Assembly: GCA_963713045.1 (NCBI GenBank)
Contig: CAVQKE010000001.1
Span: 288,001 to 352,000 of the forward strand
DNA length: 64,000 nucleotides
DNA from: an uncultured delta proteobacterium
GTDB taxonomy: Bacteria > Myxococcota > Myxococcia > Myxococcales > Myxococcaceae
Direction: 5' to 3'
Shown: piece after piece, positions 27,945-37,420 of the stretch
How the letters are laid out: each line of letters begins with the position of its first letter
Position numbering within the stretch: position 1 is the first letter of the stretch
Position numbers and translations under genes: made by a program
Notes under the pieces: generated by a model
What the model was told of the DNA's origin: nothing
The model's database searches: none
The model's input: the letters and a program-made list of their open reading frames with translations, nothing else

Positions 27945-28339
27945 AACCGCCTACACACTACGACGCCCCTCGGCGTCTCCTATTTCAGGACGCAAAGTCG
28001 GGGCCAGCCTCTCGTTGGAAAAACCCCTGGCCTTTTGAAAGGTTGTGGTGTCGAGGCTTCCATGGTGATTGAAGAAACTTCCTTCCCGGGGAAAGGCTGC
28101 ACCTCCAAAGCGGCGGCGTCCGGCGCCGTCGAAAACATCCGCGCTGGGCAGCAGGCACTCGCTTTCGCTGTAGGAGTCAAAGCGGACTCTGAAGTGCGCA
28201 AGAAAGTCTACCGAAGCCCACTTCTTTCGGGGCCTCGCCTTGCCAACTGTCGGGGGAGACGCACGCCGCGTACCGCCCAGTTTCATGCGGCTTGCTCCAC
28301 ACCGTCCGCCACCGGCAATGCATTGGGAACGGGGCGTCA

Positions 28340-28353
28340 TTGCAGCTTGCAAC
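28340..28353. promoter_or_regulatory. Putative enhancer-binding-protein site TTGCA-N3-TGCAA
   Basis: TTGCAGCTTGCAAC, 69 nt upstream of a sigma54 -24 element. A second copy is at 31519. Confidence 0.6.
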
Positions 28354-28408
28354 GCAAGCGCGCCTCCAGCTCTAGGCGAACGTCTCTGCCCGGTCTGAGT
28401 GTATTCCA

Positions 28409-28423
28409 TGGCATGACACTTGC
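28409..28423 (+). promoter_or_regulatory. sigma54 promoter (-24/-12)
   Basis: TGGCATGACACTTGC matches TGGCACG-N4-TTGC with one mismatch, upstream of the first beta-barrel gene. Confidence 0.75.
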
Positions 28424-28495
28424 GGTGTCCGCATCACCATGACGCAGGGCGGCGCGCCCTGAATTCCCTCGCCTGTCAGGAGAGCTGGACCCTTA

Positions 28496-29998
28496 ATGCC
28501 TCCCACGACGCTGGTATTGACTCTGCTGTGCGCGGCCCTGGACGCACCGCCGTCCCCGGGAAGCGCCCCGCCGCCAGAGACGACTGACGCCGGGACGGCT
28601 GCTTCCGCGCCGGAAGTGGCAGTGGGCGCAAACGACGCCGGCGTTTCCGGCACACTAAGCGAGGGCTTCTTCACCCGCTTGGGCAACGCCTACTGGCAGG
28701 ACTGGACGGGCACCCTCCCCCCTCAACCGGAGGCGCCGTCCCGGGGCTACCCCGCACCAGTCAGCAACCCGCCTTTTCCATTCGACTACTGGCCGTATGG
28801 CGGCTCGCCACCCATCGGCGCCCCGAATGCTGCTTGGTCTCCCCTCATGGCTGCCATCTATGGAGGCCCGGGCGGGGATGCGTGGAAGGCAAGCGGCGTC
28901 CGAATTTACGGCTGGCTGGCGGCCGGCTTCAACGTCAGCTCCTCGCGGGAGAGCGGGTTCGCCAACGCACCCGCCGCCTATTACGCCATCTCAAACACCG
29001 TCATCCTCGACCAGTTTACCCTCTACATCGAGCGGAAGCCGGACACGGTGCAGACGGAGCACTTCGACTGGGGCTTTCGGCTGACGAATCTGTTCGGGCT
29101 CGACTACCGCTACACCACGATGAAGGGCGTCTTCAGTAACCAGCTGTTGGTGAGCAACAACGACTACGGCTACGACCCGGTCATGTTTTACGTCGACCTC
29201 TACTGGCCTGTCCTCGCGGGCCTCAATATACGCGTCGGTCGCTACATCTCCCTTCCAGACATTGAGGCTCAGCTCGCTCCCGACAACTATACCTACAGCC
29301 ACTCTCTGCTCTACACCTATGACTGCTACACCCAGCTGGGCATCTTGACGACCCTGAAGCTGGACGACCATTGGCTATTTCAGTTTGGACTTTCGTCGGG
29401 CAACGACATCGCCTTCTGGGTGCAGAATGCGGGAGCGCAGCCGACGTTGACCATCTGCGGCTCGTACACGTGGAGCGAGGGCAAGGACAACGTCTACGTC
29501 TGTGCCAACTCCATCAACAATGCCAACTATGGCTACAACAACATGAATGCGTACTACGCCACGTGGTACCACCAGTTCGGTGATGGGCCTTTCCACATCG
29601 CCATCGAGGCCTGGTACCAGTACCAGCTAAACGTCCCGAGCATCTTTGTCCCCAACAACCCGGCTCTCATTACGGGCGCGAACGGGGCTTGGTGCGCCAC
29701 GGGCGAGACGAAGTGCACCGCCCCGGAGTGGGCCATCGTCAACTACATCGAGCTCAAGCTCGGCGAGCACGACGCCCTCGGCTGGCGCAGCGAATACTTC
29801 GACGACCTCCAGGGACAACGCTCTGGCTACAAGACCCAATATTTCGAGACGCTGCTTTCTTACGTGCATTGGATTGGAAGCAGCATCATCCTGAGGCCGG
29901 AAGTCCGCTTCGAGCGGTCGTTCGAACGGCCGGCGTACAACAACGGGACAGCCATGAATCAGGCCGTCTTCGCTGCCGACCTCATCTTCAAATACTAA
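28496..29998 (+). CDS. Outer-membrane beta-barrel (putative porin, BBP2-like)
   Basis: Signal peptide, aromatic-rich amphipathic strands, RPEVRFE, C-terminal DLIFKY. Confidence 0.75.
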   Translation: MPPTTLVLTLLCAALDAPPSPGSAPPPETTDAGTAASAPEVAVGANDAGVSGTLSEGFFTRLGNAYWQDWTGTLPPQPEAPSRGYPAPVSNPPFPFDYWPYGGSPPIGAPNAAWSPLMAAIYGGPGGDAWKASGVRIYGWLAAGFNVSSSRESGFANAPAAYYAISNTVILDQFTLYIERKPDTVQTEHFDWGFRLTNLFGLDYRYTTMKGVFSNQLLVSNNDYGYDPVMFYVDLYWPVLAGLNIRVGRYISLPDIEAQLAPDNYTYSHSLLYTYDCYTQLGILTTLKLDDHWLFQFGLSSGNDIAFWVQNAGAQPTLTICGSYTWSEGKDNVYVCANSINNANYGYNNMNAYYATWYHQFGDGPFHIAIEAWYQYQLNVPSIFVPNNPALITGANGAWCATGETKCTAPEWAIVNYIELKLGEHDALGWRSEYFDDLQGQRSGYKTQYFETLLSYVHWIGSSIILRPEVRFERSFERPAYNNGTAMNQAVFAADLIFKY

Positions 29999-30008
29999 AC
30001 CGACACAC

Positions 30009-31412
30009 TCAGAGCCGGACGAGAAACGCGACGTTGACTCGGTTCTCGAAGTTGACGAGGTCGGGGCTCCACCCCGGAACTGTACTTCCCGGCAAACCTT
30101 GGTTACCGCCTGGCGGTGTTACGCCGCCGGGACCGGCAAAGTACGGCACGCTCGAGCTACGGTGAATGTACTCCATGCGCAACGTCGTGAACTGGGAGGG
30201 CATGAAGTCGAAAGTGACAGAGGTGTCCCAAGCCCGAAACGGGTTGCCTGGGTTCTCCGTAAAATACGGCGTGCCCGAGGAGGCCGTGGCTCCGTTGATA
30301 GGCGGCAGGAGGACCAGGTAGCGACCCGGATTGTTGATGGCACCCCCCCCAACGGTAATGGCAAAGACGTCATGCCAGAACCAGAAGCGATTGTAGAACA
30401 TGAAGCCGAGAAAGAACTGCGATGGGGCGGCTCCAGTGCCGGCGAAGCACGAAACCCCGCCACCAGTTTCGCAACCGGCGTCGATGGTCAGGGAAAACGC
30501 TGCCTTGCTGACAAGAGACTGCGGTTGGTCAAGGTATTTCACTTGACCACTGGTGTCGCTGTGCATCCTCCACCGGCCCGGGTTGTAGAGCGTGTCGGTC
30601 CCGAAATACTCGTTGGTCACAAATGAAAACCATCCCGTCGGCCGCCAAAGAATTTCCCAGCCAAAGCCTGGAATTTCGTTGAATTTCCCGTAGGACTGCC
30701 ACCCATTGATAAGCCAAAGCTCGACCTTGAGCGTTTCCGTTGGAAATGTCTGGATGCGCACACCGTTGAAGAACCAAGGCGTGTTCGCCGACACATAGGA
30801 CATCTGGTACACCCAGTTGTCGAAGTTGTAATAGCTGCAAAGACCGATGTAGGACATGAAAATTCCGACGTCGACGTTGATGCCGTACATGGCGTCGAAG
30901 TGGTAGCCGGCGTAGGCCTCGGAGAGGTACCGGTACACGTCGGCCAGGCTCCATTGGCCGCGGGATGGACTCGCGTCGTTACGAGGGGTCATCGTCGAGT
31001 AGAGACCGAACTGGGTGAGCAGCCGTCCCCGGATGTGCTTCCAGTAAAGGTCCCCTCCTACGCCGAAGTCCTCGATCTGAAACTCATAGGTGCGACCAGA
31101 ATTCGTCGAACCAATGAGCGTATCGTCCTTGGGATGAGCAAAATCGAAGATGTAGTTGGCGTCGAAAGAGAATTCGCCGGTGAACGGACCTGCAGTGAGC
31201 GGAAAGTCCACTTGGCGGCTGGTCCCGTTGAGCCAGGTGAAGTCAGCGAAGGAAAACGGTTGGGGCGTTGGCTCGGGACCGACCAGAGTCGTGGTCGTGG
31301 CGGGGGGGGCCGGCGCCGCAGGCGCGATGACCGGCGCGGATGGCTGCGCCTCCTGCGCCAGTGCCATAGAGCCACTGAGCGCGACAGCAGCTGCGAGTTT
31401 GTAGAGCCGCAT
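30009..31412 (-). CDS. Outer-membrane beta-barrel (putative porin)
   Basis: MRLYKLAAAVALSGSMALA-Q signal, EAYAGYHF, GIFMSYIG, strand-rich, ends FLVRL. Confidence 0.75.
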   Translation of the reverse strand: MRLYKLAAAVALSGSMALAQEAQPSAPVIAPAAPAPPATTTTLVGPEPTPQPFSFADFTWLNGTSRQVDFPLTAGPFTGEFSFDANYIFDFAHPKDDTLIGSTNSGRTYEFQIEDFGVGGDLYWKHIRGRLLTQFGLYSTMTPRNDASPSRGQWSLADVYRYLSEAYAGYHFDAMYGINVDVGIFMSYIGLCSYYNFDNWVYQMSYVSANTPWFFNGVRIQTFPTETLKVELWLINGWQSYGKFNEIPGFGWEILWRPTGWFSFVTNEYFGTDTLYNPGRWRMHSDTSGQVKYLDQPQSLVSKAAFSLTIDAGCETGGGVSCFAGTGAAPSQFFLGFMFYNRFWFWHDVFAITVGGGAINNPGRYLVLLPPINGATASSGTPYFTENPGNPFRAWDTSVTFDFMPSQFTTLRMEYIHRSSSVPYFAGPGGVTPPGGNQGLPGSTVPGWSPDLVNFENRVNVAFLVRL

Positions 31413-31425
31413 GCTCTCTGGCTCA

Positions 31426-31441
31426 AGCAAATACAGCGCCA
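31426..31441 (-). promoter_or_regulatory. sigma54 promoter for second beta-barrel
   Basis: Minus strand TGGCGCTGTATTTGCT (GG-N10-GC). Predicted +1 about 3 nt before ATG 31412. Confidence 0.55.
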
Positions 31442-31518
31442 CAGCATCGAAGCTCCCTAGGAAGGGCTCGATGGCCAGCGGTCGTCCTGTAGTCAGCAAG
31501 GTTTGCGGCTGCATGCTT

Positions 31519-31532
31519 TTGCAGAATGCAAC
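31519..31532. promoter_or_regulatory. Putative enhancer-binding-protein site TTGCA-N3-TGCAA
   Basis: TTGCAGAATGCAAC, 67 nt upstream of the kdp sigma54 element and between the two divergent promoters. Confidence 0.6.
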
Positions 31533-31585
31533 ACGAGCGCGGTCGCCACGGGCGTGCGCAAGTCAGCTCCGTTGAAGGACACGGC

Positions 31586-31601
31586 TGGCGCGCGGTGTGC
31601 A
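31586..31601 (+). promoter_or_regulatory. sigma54 promoter for kdp operon
   Basis: TGGCGCGCGGTGTGCA (GG-N10-GC), 40 nt upstream of the first small ORF. Confidence 0.55.
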
Positions 31602-31640
31602 GTATTCCGGCTGTCGTTTACCAGTCTGGGGACTTCAACC

Positions 31641-31724
31641 ATGTTGGATTTACTGTTCGTCGCCGCCACCGTCGCGTTCTTCGCCGCAGCCTTTGGGTAC
31701 GCCCAGGCCTGCGACAGGGTGTGA
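31641..31724 (+). CDS. 27-aa membrane peptide preceding kdpF
   Basis: MLDLLFVAATVAFFAAAFGYAQACDRV, with GGGGA RBS and a single TM. Confidence 0.7.
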   Translation: MLDLLFVAATVAFFAAAFGYAQACDRV

Positions 31725-31736
31725 AGGAGTTCGCCC

Positions 31737-31826
31737 ATGACTCTCGACTACTGGATGGGTGCGGTCATCTCCGTGCTGCTGGCGGTCTATCTCTTTTACG
31801 CGCTGCTCCGTCCAGAGCGCTTCTAG
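31737..31826 (+). CDS. kdpF: K+-transporting ATPase subunit F
   Basis: MTLDYWMGAVISVLLAVYLFYALLRPERF with the YLxYALLRPERF signature and an AAGGAG RBS. Too short for the ORF track. Confidence 0.92.
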   Translation: MTLDYWMGAVISVLLAVYLFYALLRPERF

Positions 31827-31833
31827 GGTTTCC

Positions 31834-33555
31834 ATGACGCTCGTCGGGTGGGCGCAAATTCTCGTTTTCGCTGGCGTCATTCTCGCCGTCACCCGGCCTC
31901 TGGGAGCGTTGCTCTACCGGGTGTACGAGGGAGAACGGCAGCCCCTGCCGCGCTTGCTGGGTCCTATCGAGCGCGGCGTCTACCGGCTGTGCGGCATCGA
32001 TGCGCGTCGGGGGCAGACGTGGGTCGAGTACGCCTTGGCGCTGCTGGCTTTCAGCGCTTTCAGCATGCTGGTGACCTACGCCATCCAGCGGCTCCAGGGG
32101 TTCCTGCCACTGAACCCGCAGAAATTCGCAGGCGTAGCGCCGGACCTCGCCTTCAACACCGCCGCCAGCTTTACCACCAACACCAACTGGCAGTCCTACA
32201 GCGGCGAGTCCACCATGAGCTACCTGACCCAGATGGCGGGTCTCGCCTGGCACAACTTCACGTCGGCTGCCGCTGGCATGGCGGTCGCCATTGCCCTCGC
32301 ACGGGGCTTGACGCGACGGCTCGCCCCCGGTGCGCCCAAGGTGCTCGGCAACTTCTGGGTCGACTTGTGGCGGGGCATCCTCTACGTGCTGTTGCCGTTG
32401 AGTCTTGCCTCGGCTTTGGTGCTCGCCAGTCAAGGCGTCATTCAGAACCTCGCCCCCTACCGCGAAGTGACGACAGTGGAAGGGGCAAAGCAGCTGGTGG
32501 CGCTCGGGCCGGTGGCCTCCCAGGAGGCGATTAAAGAGCTCGGGACCAACGGCGGCGGCTTTTTTAACGCCAACAGCGCCCATCCCTTCGAGAACCCCAC
32601 ACCCTTCACCAACTTCTTCGAGTTGGTGCTGATTTTCGCCATCCCCGCAGCGCTCACCTACACCTACGGGCGGATGGCGAAGAGCCAGCGTCAGGGCTGG
32701 GCCATCCTCGCGGCCATGGCCCTCTTGTTCCTGGTCGGCGTGGGCAGCGCTTACTGGGCCGAGGCCCACCCCAACCCGGCGCTCGCTGAGTTGGCCGTGT
32801 CCCAGGCCAGCGGAAACCTGGAGGGCAAAGAGGCGCGCTTCGGCGTCGCCGCCTCGGCTCTCTTCGCCACCGTCACCACCGACGCCTCCTGCGGGGCTGT
32901 CAATTCCATGCACGACAGCTTCACGCCGCTCGGCGGACTCGTGCCTTTGGTGAACATTCAGTTGGGGGAGGTGGTGTTCGGCGGCGTCGGCGCTGGCCTC
33001 TACGGAATGTTGGTCTTCGTCGTCCTCAGCGTCTTCATCGCCGGGCTGATGGTGGGACGAACACCGGAATACCTCGGCAAGAAAATCGAAGCCCGGGAGA
33101 TGAAGTTGGCCATGCTCTACGTGCTCGTCTTCCCATTCATCATCCTCGGGTTCTCTGCTTGGGCGGTGGTTTCGCCGCTGGGGCTCGCCGGGCGAAACAA
33201 CCTCGGGCCGCACGGGTTGACTGAGATTCTCTACGCCTTCACCAGCGGCGCCGGAAATAATGGCTCGGCTTTCGCCGGCCTCAACGCCAACACCCCGTTC
33301 TGGAACGCGACGTTGGCCATTACCATGCTGGCCGGCCGCTTCCTGATGCTCATCCCAGCGCTGGCCATCGCCGGCACGATGGTGGGAAAGAAGGCGGTGC
33401 CCGCCGGACCGGGCACCTTCCCCACCGACGGCACCCTCTTTACCGGCTTGTTGGTGTCGGTGGTCATCATCGTCGGCGCCCTCACCTTCTTTCCGGCGCT
33501 CAGCCTCGGCCCCATCGTCGAGCACTTCCTCGCCACGGCGGGAAGGACCTTCTAA
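31834..33555 (+). CDS. kdpA: K+-transporting ATPase subunit A
   Basis: [59 protein letters not shown]. Confidence 0.97.
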   Translation: MTLVGWAQILVFAGVILAVTRPLGALLYRVYEGERQPLPRLLGPIERGVYRLCGIDARRGQTWVEYALALLAFSAFSMLVTYAIQRLQGFLPLNPQKFAGVAPDLAFNTAASFTTNTNWQSYSGESTMSYLTQMAGLAWHNFTSAAAGMAVAIALARGLTRRLAPGAPKVLGNFWVDLWRGILYVLLPLSLASALVLASQGVIQNLAPYREVTTVEGAKQLVALGPVASQEAIKELGTNGGGFFNANSAHPFENPTPFTNFFELVLIFAIPAALTYTYGRMAKSQRQGWAILAAMALLFLVGVGSAYWAEAHPNPALAELAVSQASGNLEGKEARFGVAASALFATVTTDASCGAVNSMHDSFTPLGGLVPLVNIQLGEVVFGGVGAGLYGMLVFVVLSVFIAGLMVGRTPEYLGKKIEAREMKLAMLYVLVFPFIILGFSAWAVVSPLGLAGRNNLGPHGLTEILYAFTSGAGNNGSAFAGLNANTPFWNATLAITMLAGRFLMLIPALAIAGTMVGKKAVPAGPGTFPTDGTLFTGLLVSVVIIVGALTFFPALSLGPIVEHFLATAGRTF

Positions 33556-35603
33556 TGGCCGCGCCCAACGCCAAGTCCCTCTCCCTGTTCGAGCCTGCCA
33601 TCCTGGTGCCGGCCATCGGGGAGAGCTTTCGGAAACTGTCGCCCCAGCTGGTGGCGAAGAATCCGGTCATGTTCGTGGTCGAGGTGGGTTCAGTCCTCAC
33701 CAGCGTCCTGTGGGCGCGCGACCTCTTCTCAACGCACCGTGCCGCCCCCCTTTGGTTCACCGGACTGACCAGCCTCTGGCTGTGGTTCACCGTCCTATTT
33801 GCCAACCTCGCCGAGGCGGTGGCCGAAGGGCGCGGCAAAGCGCAGGCCGAATCGCTCCGCCGGATGCGCAAGGACACCACGGCGCGCAGGCTTTTGGGCA
33901 GCCGGGAGGAGGCGGTTCCGGCTTCGTCGTTGAGGAAGGGCGACCTGGTGGTGGTGGAAGCGGGCCAATTCATTCCGGGCGATGGCGAGGTAACGGAAGG
34001 CATTGCCTCGGTGGACGAGAGCGCCATCACCGGCGAGTCGGCGCCGGTCATCCGGGAAAGCGGTGGGGACCGTTCGGCCGTCACCGGCGGTACCAGGGTG
34101 CTGTCCGACCGCATCGTGGTGCGAATCACAGCCAACCCCGGCGAGTCCTTCCTCGACCGGATGATTGCTTTGGTCGAGGGCGCTGCTCGGCAGAAAACAC
34201 CGAATGAGATTGCGCTTCACATCCTTCTCGTCGGCCTGACGCTGATTTTCCTCTTCGCCTGCGTGACGCTGGTTCCCTACGGTCTCTACAGCGGGGTCGC
34301 GCTGTCGGCGACGACCATCGTCGCGCTTCTGGTGTGCCTCATCCCCACCACCATCGGCGGCCTGCTGTCGGCCATCGGCATCGCGGGAATGGACCGGCTG
34401 TTGCGCAAGAACGTCATCGCCATGAGCGGGCGCGCAGTGGAAGCCGCCGGCGACGTGGACACCCTCCTGCTCGACAAGACCGGAACCATCACCCTCGGCA
34501 ACCGGATGGCCACCGAATTCCTTCCGCTGGCGGGGGTACGGGTCGAAGACTTGGCCGACGCCGCGCAGCTGAGCAGCCTCGCCGACGAGACGCCCGAGGG
34601 ACGGAGCATCGTCATCCTCGCCAAGGAACGCTACCGACTGCGGGGACGCGAAGTGGCCGAACCCGGGACGCACTTCATCGCCTTCAGCGCGCACACCCGG
34701 ATGAGCGGTGTTGACCTTGGGGGACGCTCGGTGCGCAAAGGAGCAGTCGACGCAGTTTCCGCTCATGTGCGGAGTTTGGGAGGGATGGTCCCGACGGAGC
34801 TCGACGCCATCGCCAGTCGCATCGGGGACAACGGCGGTACTCCGCTGGCCGTCTCCGATGGCGCGCGTGTGCTCGGGGTCATCCATCTCAAGGACGTCGT
34901 GAAGGGCGGAATTAAAGAGCGGTTCGACCGCTTCCGGGCGATGGGCATTCGGACGGTGATGATTACTGGCGACAATCCCCGCACCGCCGCCGCCATCGCC
35001 CGCGAAGCGGGGGTGGACGACTTTCTGGCCGAGGCGACGCCCGAGGCCAAGCTCCGCCTCATCCAGGACGAGCAGAGCAAGGGCAAGCTTGTGGCGATGA
35101 CCGGCGATGGCACCAACGACGCCCCGGCGCTGGCCCAAGCGGACGTCGGGGTGGCGATGAATACCGGGACCCAGGCGGCCAAGGAGGCTGGCAACATGGT
35201 GGACCTGGACTCCAATCCCACCAAGCTCCTCGAGGTGGTCGAAGTCGGCAAGCAGCTCCTCATGACTCGAGGCACGCTCACCACCTTCTCCATCGCCAAC
35301 GACGTGGCCAAGTACTTCGCCATCCTACCGGCGATGTTCGTCGGGGTATTTCCGGAGATTGCCCCGCTCAATGTGATGCGGCTCGCATCCCCCCAGTCGG
35401 CGATTCTCTCCGCGGTCATCTTCAACGCCCTCATCATCGTCGCCCTCATTCCGTTGGCGCTCCGCGGCGTGCGCTACCGCGCCATCGGAGCCGCGGCGCT
35501 TTTGAGACGCTCGCTGCTCATCTACGGCGCGGGCGGCATCGTCGTCCCCTTCTTCGGTATCAAGGCCATCGACCTGGCGCTCCAAGCGCTGGGCCTCGTC
35601 TGA
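33555..35603 (+). CDS. kdpB: K+-transporting ATPase subunit B
   Basis: TGES, DKTGT phosphorylation site, [19 protein letters not shown]. Confidence 0.98.
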   Translation: MAAPNAKSLSLFEPAILVPAIGESFRKLSPQLVAKNPVMFVVEVGSVLTSVLWARDLFSTHRAAPLWFTGLTSLWLWFTVLFANLAEAVAEGRGKAQAESLRRMRKDTTARRLLGSREEAVPASSLRKGDLVVVEAGQFIPGDGEVTEGIASVDESAITGESAPVIRESGGDRSAVTGGTRVLSDRIVVRITANPGESFLDRMIALVEGAARQKTPNEIALHILLVGLTLIFLFACVTLVPYGLYSGVALSATTIVALLVCLIPTTIGGLLSAIGIAGMDRLLRKNVIAMSGRAVEAAGDVDTLLLDKTGTITLGNRMATEFLPLAGVRVEDLADAAQLSSLADETPEGRSIVILAKERYRLRGREVAEPGTHFIAFSAHTRMSGVDLGGRSVRKGAVDAVSAHVRSLGGMVPTELDAIASRIGDNGGTPLAVSDGARVLGVIHLKDVVKGGIKERFDRFRAMGIRTVMITGDNPRTAAAIAREAGVDDFLAEATPEAKLRLIQDEQSKGKLVAMTGDGTNDAPALAQADVGVAMNTGTQAAKEAGNMVDLDSNPTKLLEVVEVGKQLLMTRGTLTTFSIANDVAKYFAILPAMFVGVFPEIAPLNVMRLASPQSAILSAVIFNALIIVALIPLALRGVRYRAIGAAALLRRSLLIYGAGGIVVPFFGIKAIDLALQALGLV

Positions 35604-35611
35604 GGCAACTT

Positions 35612-36235
35612 ATGCCCTCCCTCTTCGCTGTCGCACTGCGTGTTACGCTGCTCACGTTGGTGGTCACCGGCGTGCTCTACCCCTTCGCCGCCACCGGACT
35701 CGCGCTGTTGCTGTTTCCCGCACGTGCCCAAGGCAGCTGGCTTACCGATGAGCGCGGCCAGGTGGTGGGCTCGGAGCTGTTGGCGCAAGGCTTCTCATCG
35801 CCGAGCTATTTCCAGCCCCGGCCGTCGGCGGCCGGAACGGGCTATGACGCAACCGCCTCGTCCGGAAGCAACCTCGGCCCGACCAGCAAGAAGCTTCGGG
35901 AGGGAGCGGCCGATGCCCTGAGGAAACTGGAAGCGGAGAACCCCGGCGCGCCGCGACCAGTCCCAGCGGAGTTGGTCACCGCATCGGCGAGCGGGCTCGA
36001 CCCACACCTCTCACCCGAGGCAGCGCGATGGCAAATCAGCCGGGTGGCAGCGGCCCGAGGGGTGAGCGAGGATCGCGTCCGGGCCGTCGTCGCCGCCCAT
36101 GCCGAGGAACGGACGTTTGGCTTCTTGGGCGAGCCACGCGTCAACGTGCTGGTTCTCAACCTGGCGCTCGACCGGCAATTCGGCCAGCCCAGCCTGCCGC
36201 CCCCGGCACCCCAGGCTGCGCCGGCCGCGCACTAA
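35612..36235 (+). CDS. kdpC: K+-transporting ATPase subunit C
   Basis: YFQPRPSAAG, SSGSNLGP, VTASASGLDPH, EPRVNVLVLNLALD. Confidence 0.96.
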   Translation: MPSLFAVALRVTLLTLVVTGVLYPFAATGLALLLFPARAQGSWLTDERGQVVGSELLAQGFSSPSYFQPRPSAAGTGYDATASSGSNLGPTSKKLREGAADALRKLEAENPGAPRPVPAELVTASASGLDPHLSPEAARWQISRVAAARGVSEDRVRAVVAAHAEERTFGFLGEPRVNVLVLNLALDRQFGQPSLPPPAPQAAPAAH

Positions 36236-36253
36236 CGCTAGCCTTCTTGGCCG

Positions 36254-37420
36254 ATGGCTCTTCCCGCATCGCGCCTCGGGTATCTCCGCCAACGGCCTGA
36301 AGACTTTCTCACCCTCCTCGAGCGCGGGAAGCGGGGTCGCCTCAAGCTCTACATCGGCTTCGCCGCCGGCGTGGGGAAGACCTACCGGATGCTCGAGGAG
36401 GCGCACGACCTTCTGGTCCGGGGCATTGACGTGGTGGTCGGCTACGTGGAGGCGCACGGGCGCGCCGAGACGGCCGCCCTCATCGAGGGGCTTCCCGTCA
36501 TTCCCCGCAAGTCGGTCACCTACCGTGGCGTCACAGTCGAGGAGATGGACCTCGACGCCATCCTCGCCAGGAAGCCGGCGGTGGCGGTGGTGGACGAGCT
36601 GGCCCACACCAATCTCCCGGTGTGCCGGAACCGCAAGCGCTACCAGGACGTCCAGGAGTTGCTCAGCAACGGCATCAGCGTCATCGGCGCATTCAACGTC
36701 CAGCATCTGGAATCGCTCAACGACTTGGTGGAGCGCACCGTGGGTGTCGAGGTGCGGGAGACCATCCCCGACTCGTTTCTGCAACTCGCAGACATTGTGG
36801 TGAACCTCGACTTGGCCGTGGAAGACCTCCAGGAGCGGCTGCGGGCGGGGAAAATCTACCAGGCAGAGAAAGTCCCTCAGGCCTTGGAGGGCTTCTTCCA
36901 GCACAACAACCTGGTGACGCTTCGGGAGCTGGCCCTCAGGGAAGTGGCCGAGAGCCTCGAGCGGACGGCCGCCGCTGGGCGTCCAGCGACCGAGTCTGCG
37001 GCCCGCCCGGTGGCCGGGCGGGTGATGGTGTGTCTCTCCTCCTTTCCACCCCATGCGGCGGCCCTGCTGCGACGCGGGTCCCGTGCCGCCGGCCGGCTCA
37101 ACACGGACTGGTTCGTGGTGTACGTGGAAACCCCGGCCGAAGCGCCCAACCTCATCGACTCCGAGGCCCAGCGCCACCTGTTGGCCAACATCGAGAAGGC
37201 GCGGGAAGCCGGGGCCGAGGTGGTGCGGCTGCGGGCCAAGGACCCGGTTCCGGCACTGCTCGACTTCGCGCATAGCCACGGGGTGGGGCTCGTCCTCATC
37301 GGCCGCTCGCAAGCCGGCGGCTGGCGCAAGTGGCTCGGCTTAACCACTGACCTCCGGCTGGTGCGTGACGCCAACGACTTGGACGTGCAGGTGGTGGCCT
37401 TTCCGGAGCCGCGCGCATGA
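36254..37420 (+). CDS. kdpD: Stand-alone KdpD N-terminal sensor domain + USP domain (no TM or kinase)
   Basis: GRLKLYIGFAAGVGKTY Walker A, DELAHTN, KRYQDV, NVQHLESLND, LRELAL, then a USP fold. Confidence 0.88.
   Translation: MALPASRLGYLRQRPEDFLTLLERGKRGRLKLYIGFAAGVGKTYRMLEEAHDLLVRGIDVVVGYVEAHGRAETAALIEGLPVIPRKSVTYRGVTVEEMDLDAILARKPAVAVVDELAHTNLPVCRNRKRYQDVQELLSNGISVIGAFNVQHLESLNDLVERTVGVEVRETIPDSFLQLADIVVNLDLAVEDLQERLRAGKIYQAEKVPQALEGFFQHNNLVTLRELALREVAESLERTAAAGRPATESAARPVAGRVMVCLSSFPPHAAALLRRGSRAAGRLNTDWFVVYVETPAEAPNLIDSEAQRHLLANIEKAREAGAEVVRLRAKDPVPALLDFAHSHGVGLVLIGRSQAGGWRKWLGLTTDLRLVRDANDLDVQVVAFPEPRA

Noticed and set aside
27945..28495. c-di-AMP (ydaO) riboswitch or coding ORFs upstream of the kdp island
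   Set aside because: No ydaO consensus was seen here or at 31440-31640. The listed ORFs have no recognisable features, and sigma54 elements explain the region better.
31765..35138. Long antisense ORFs (586 aa, 447 aa) and similar ones at 36877-38385, 42449-43759 and 55574-57196
   Set aside because: Shadow frames opposite well-supported genes, expected in high-GC DNA.
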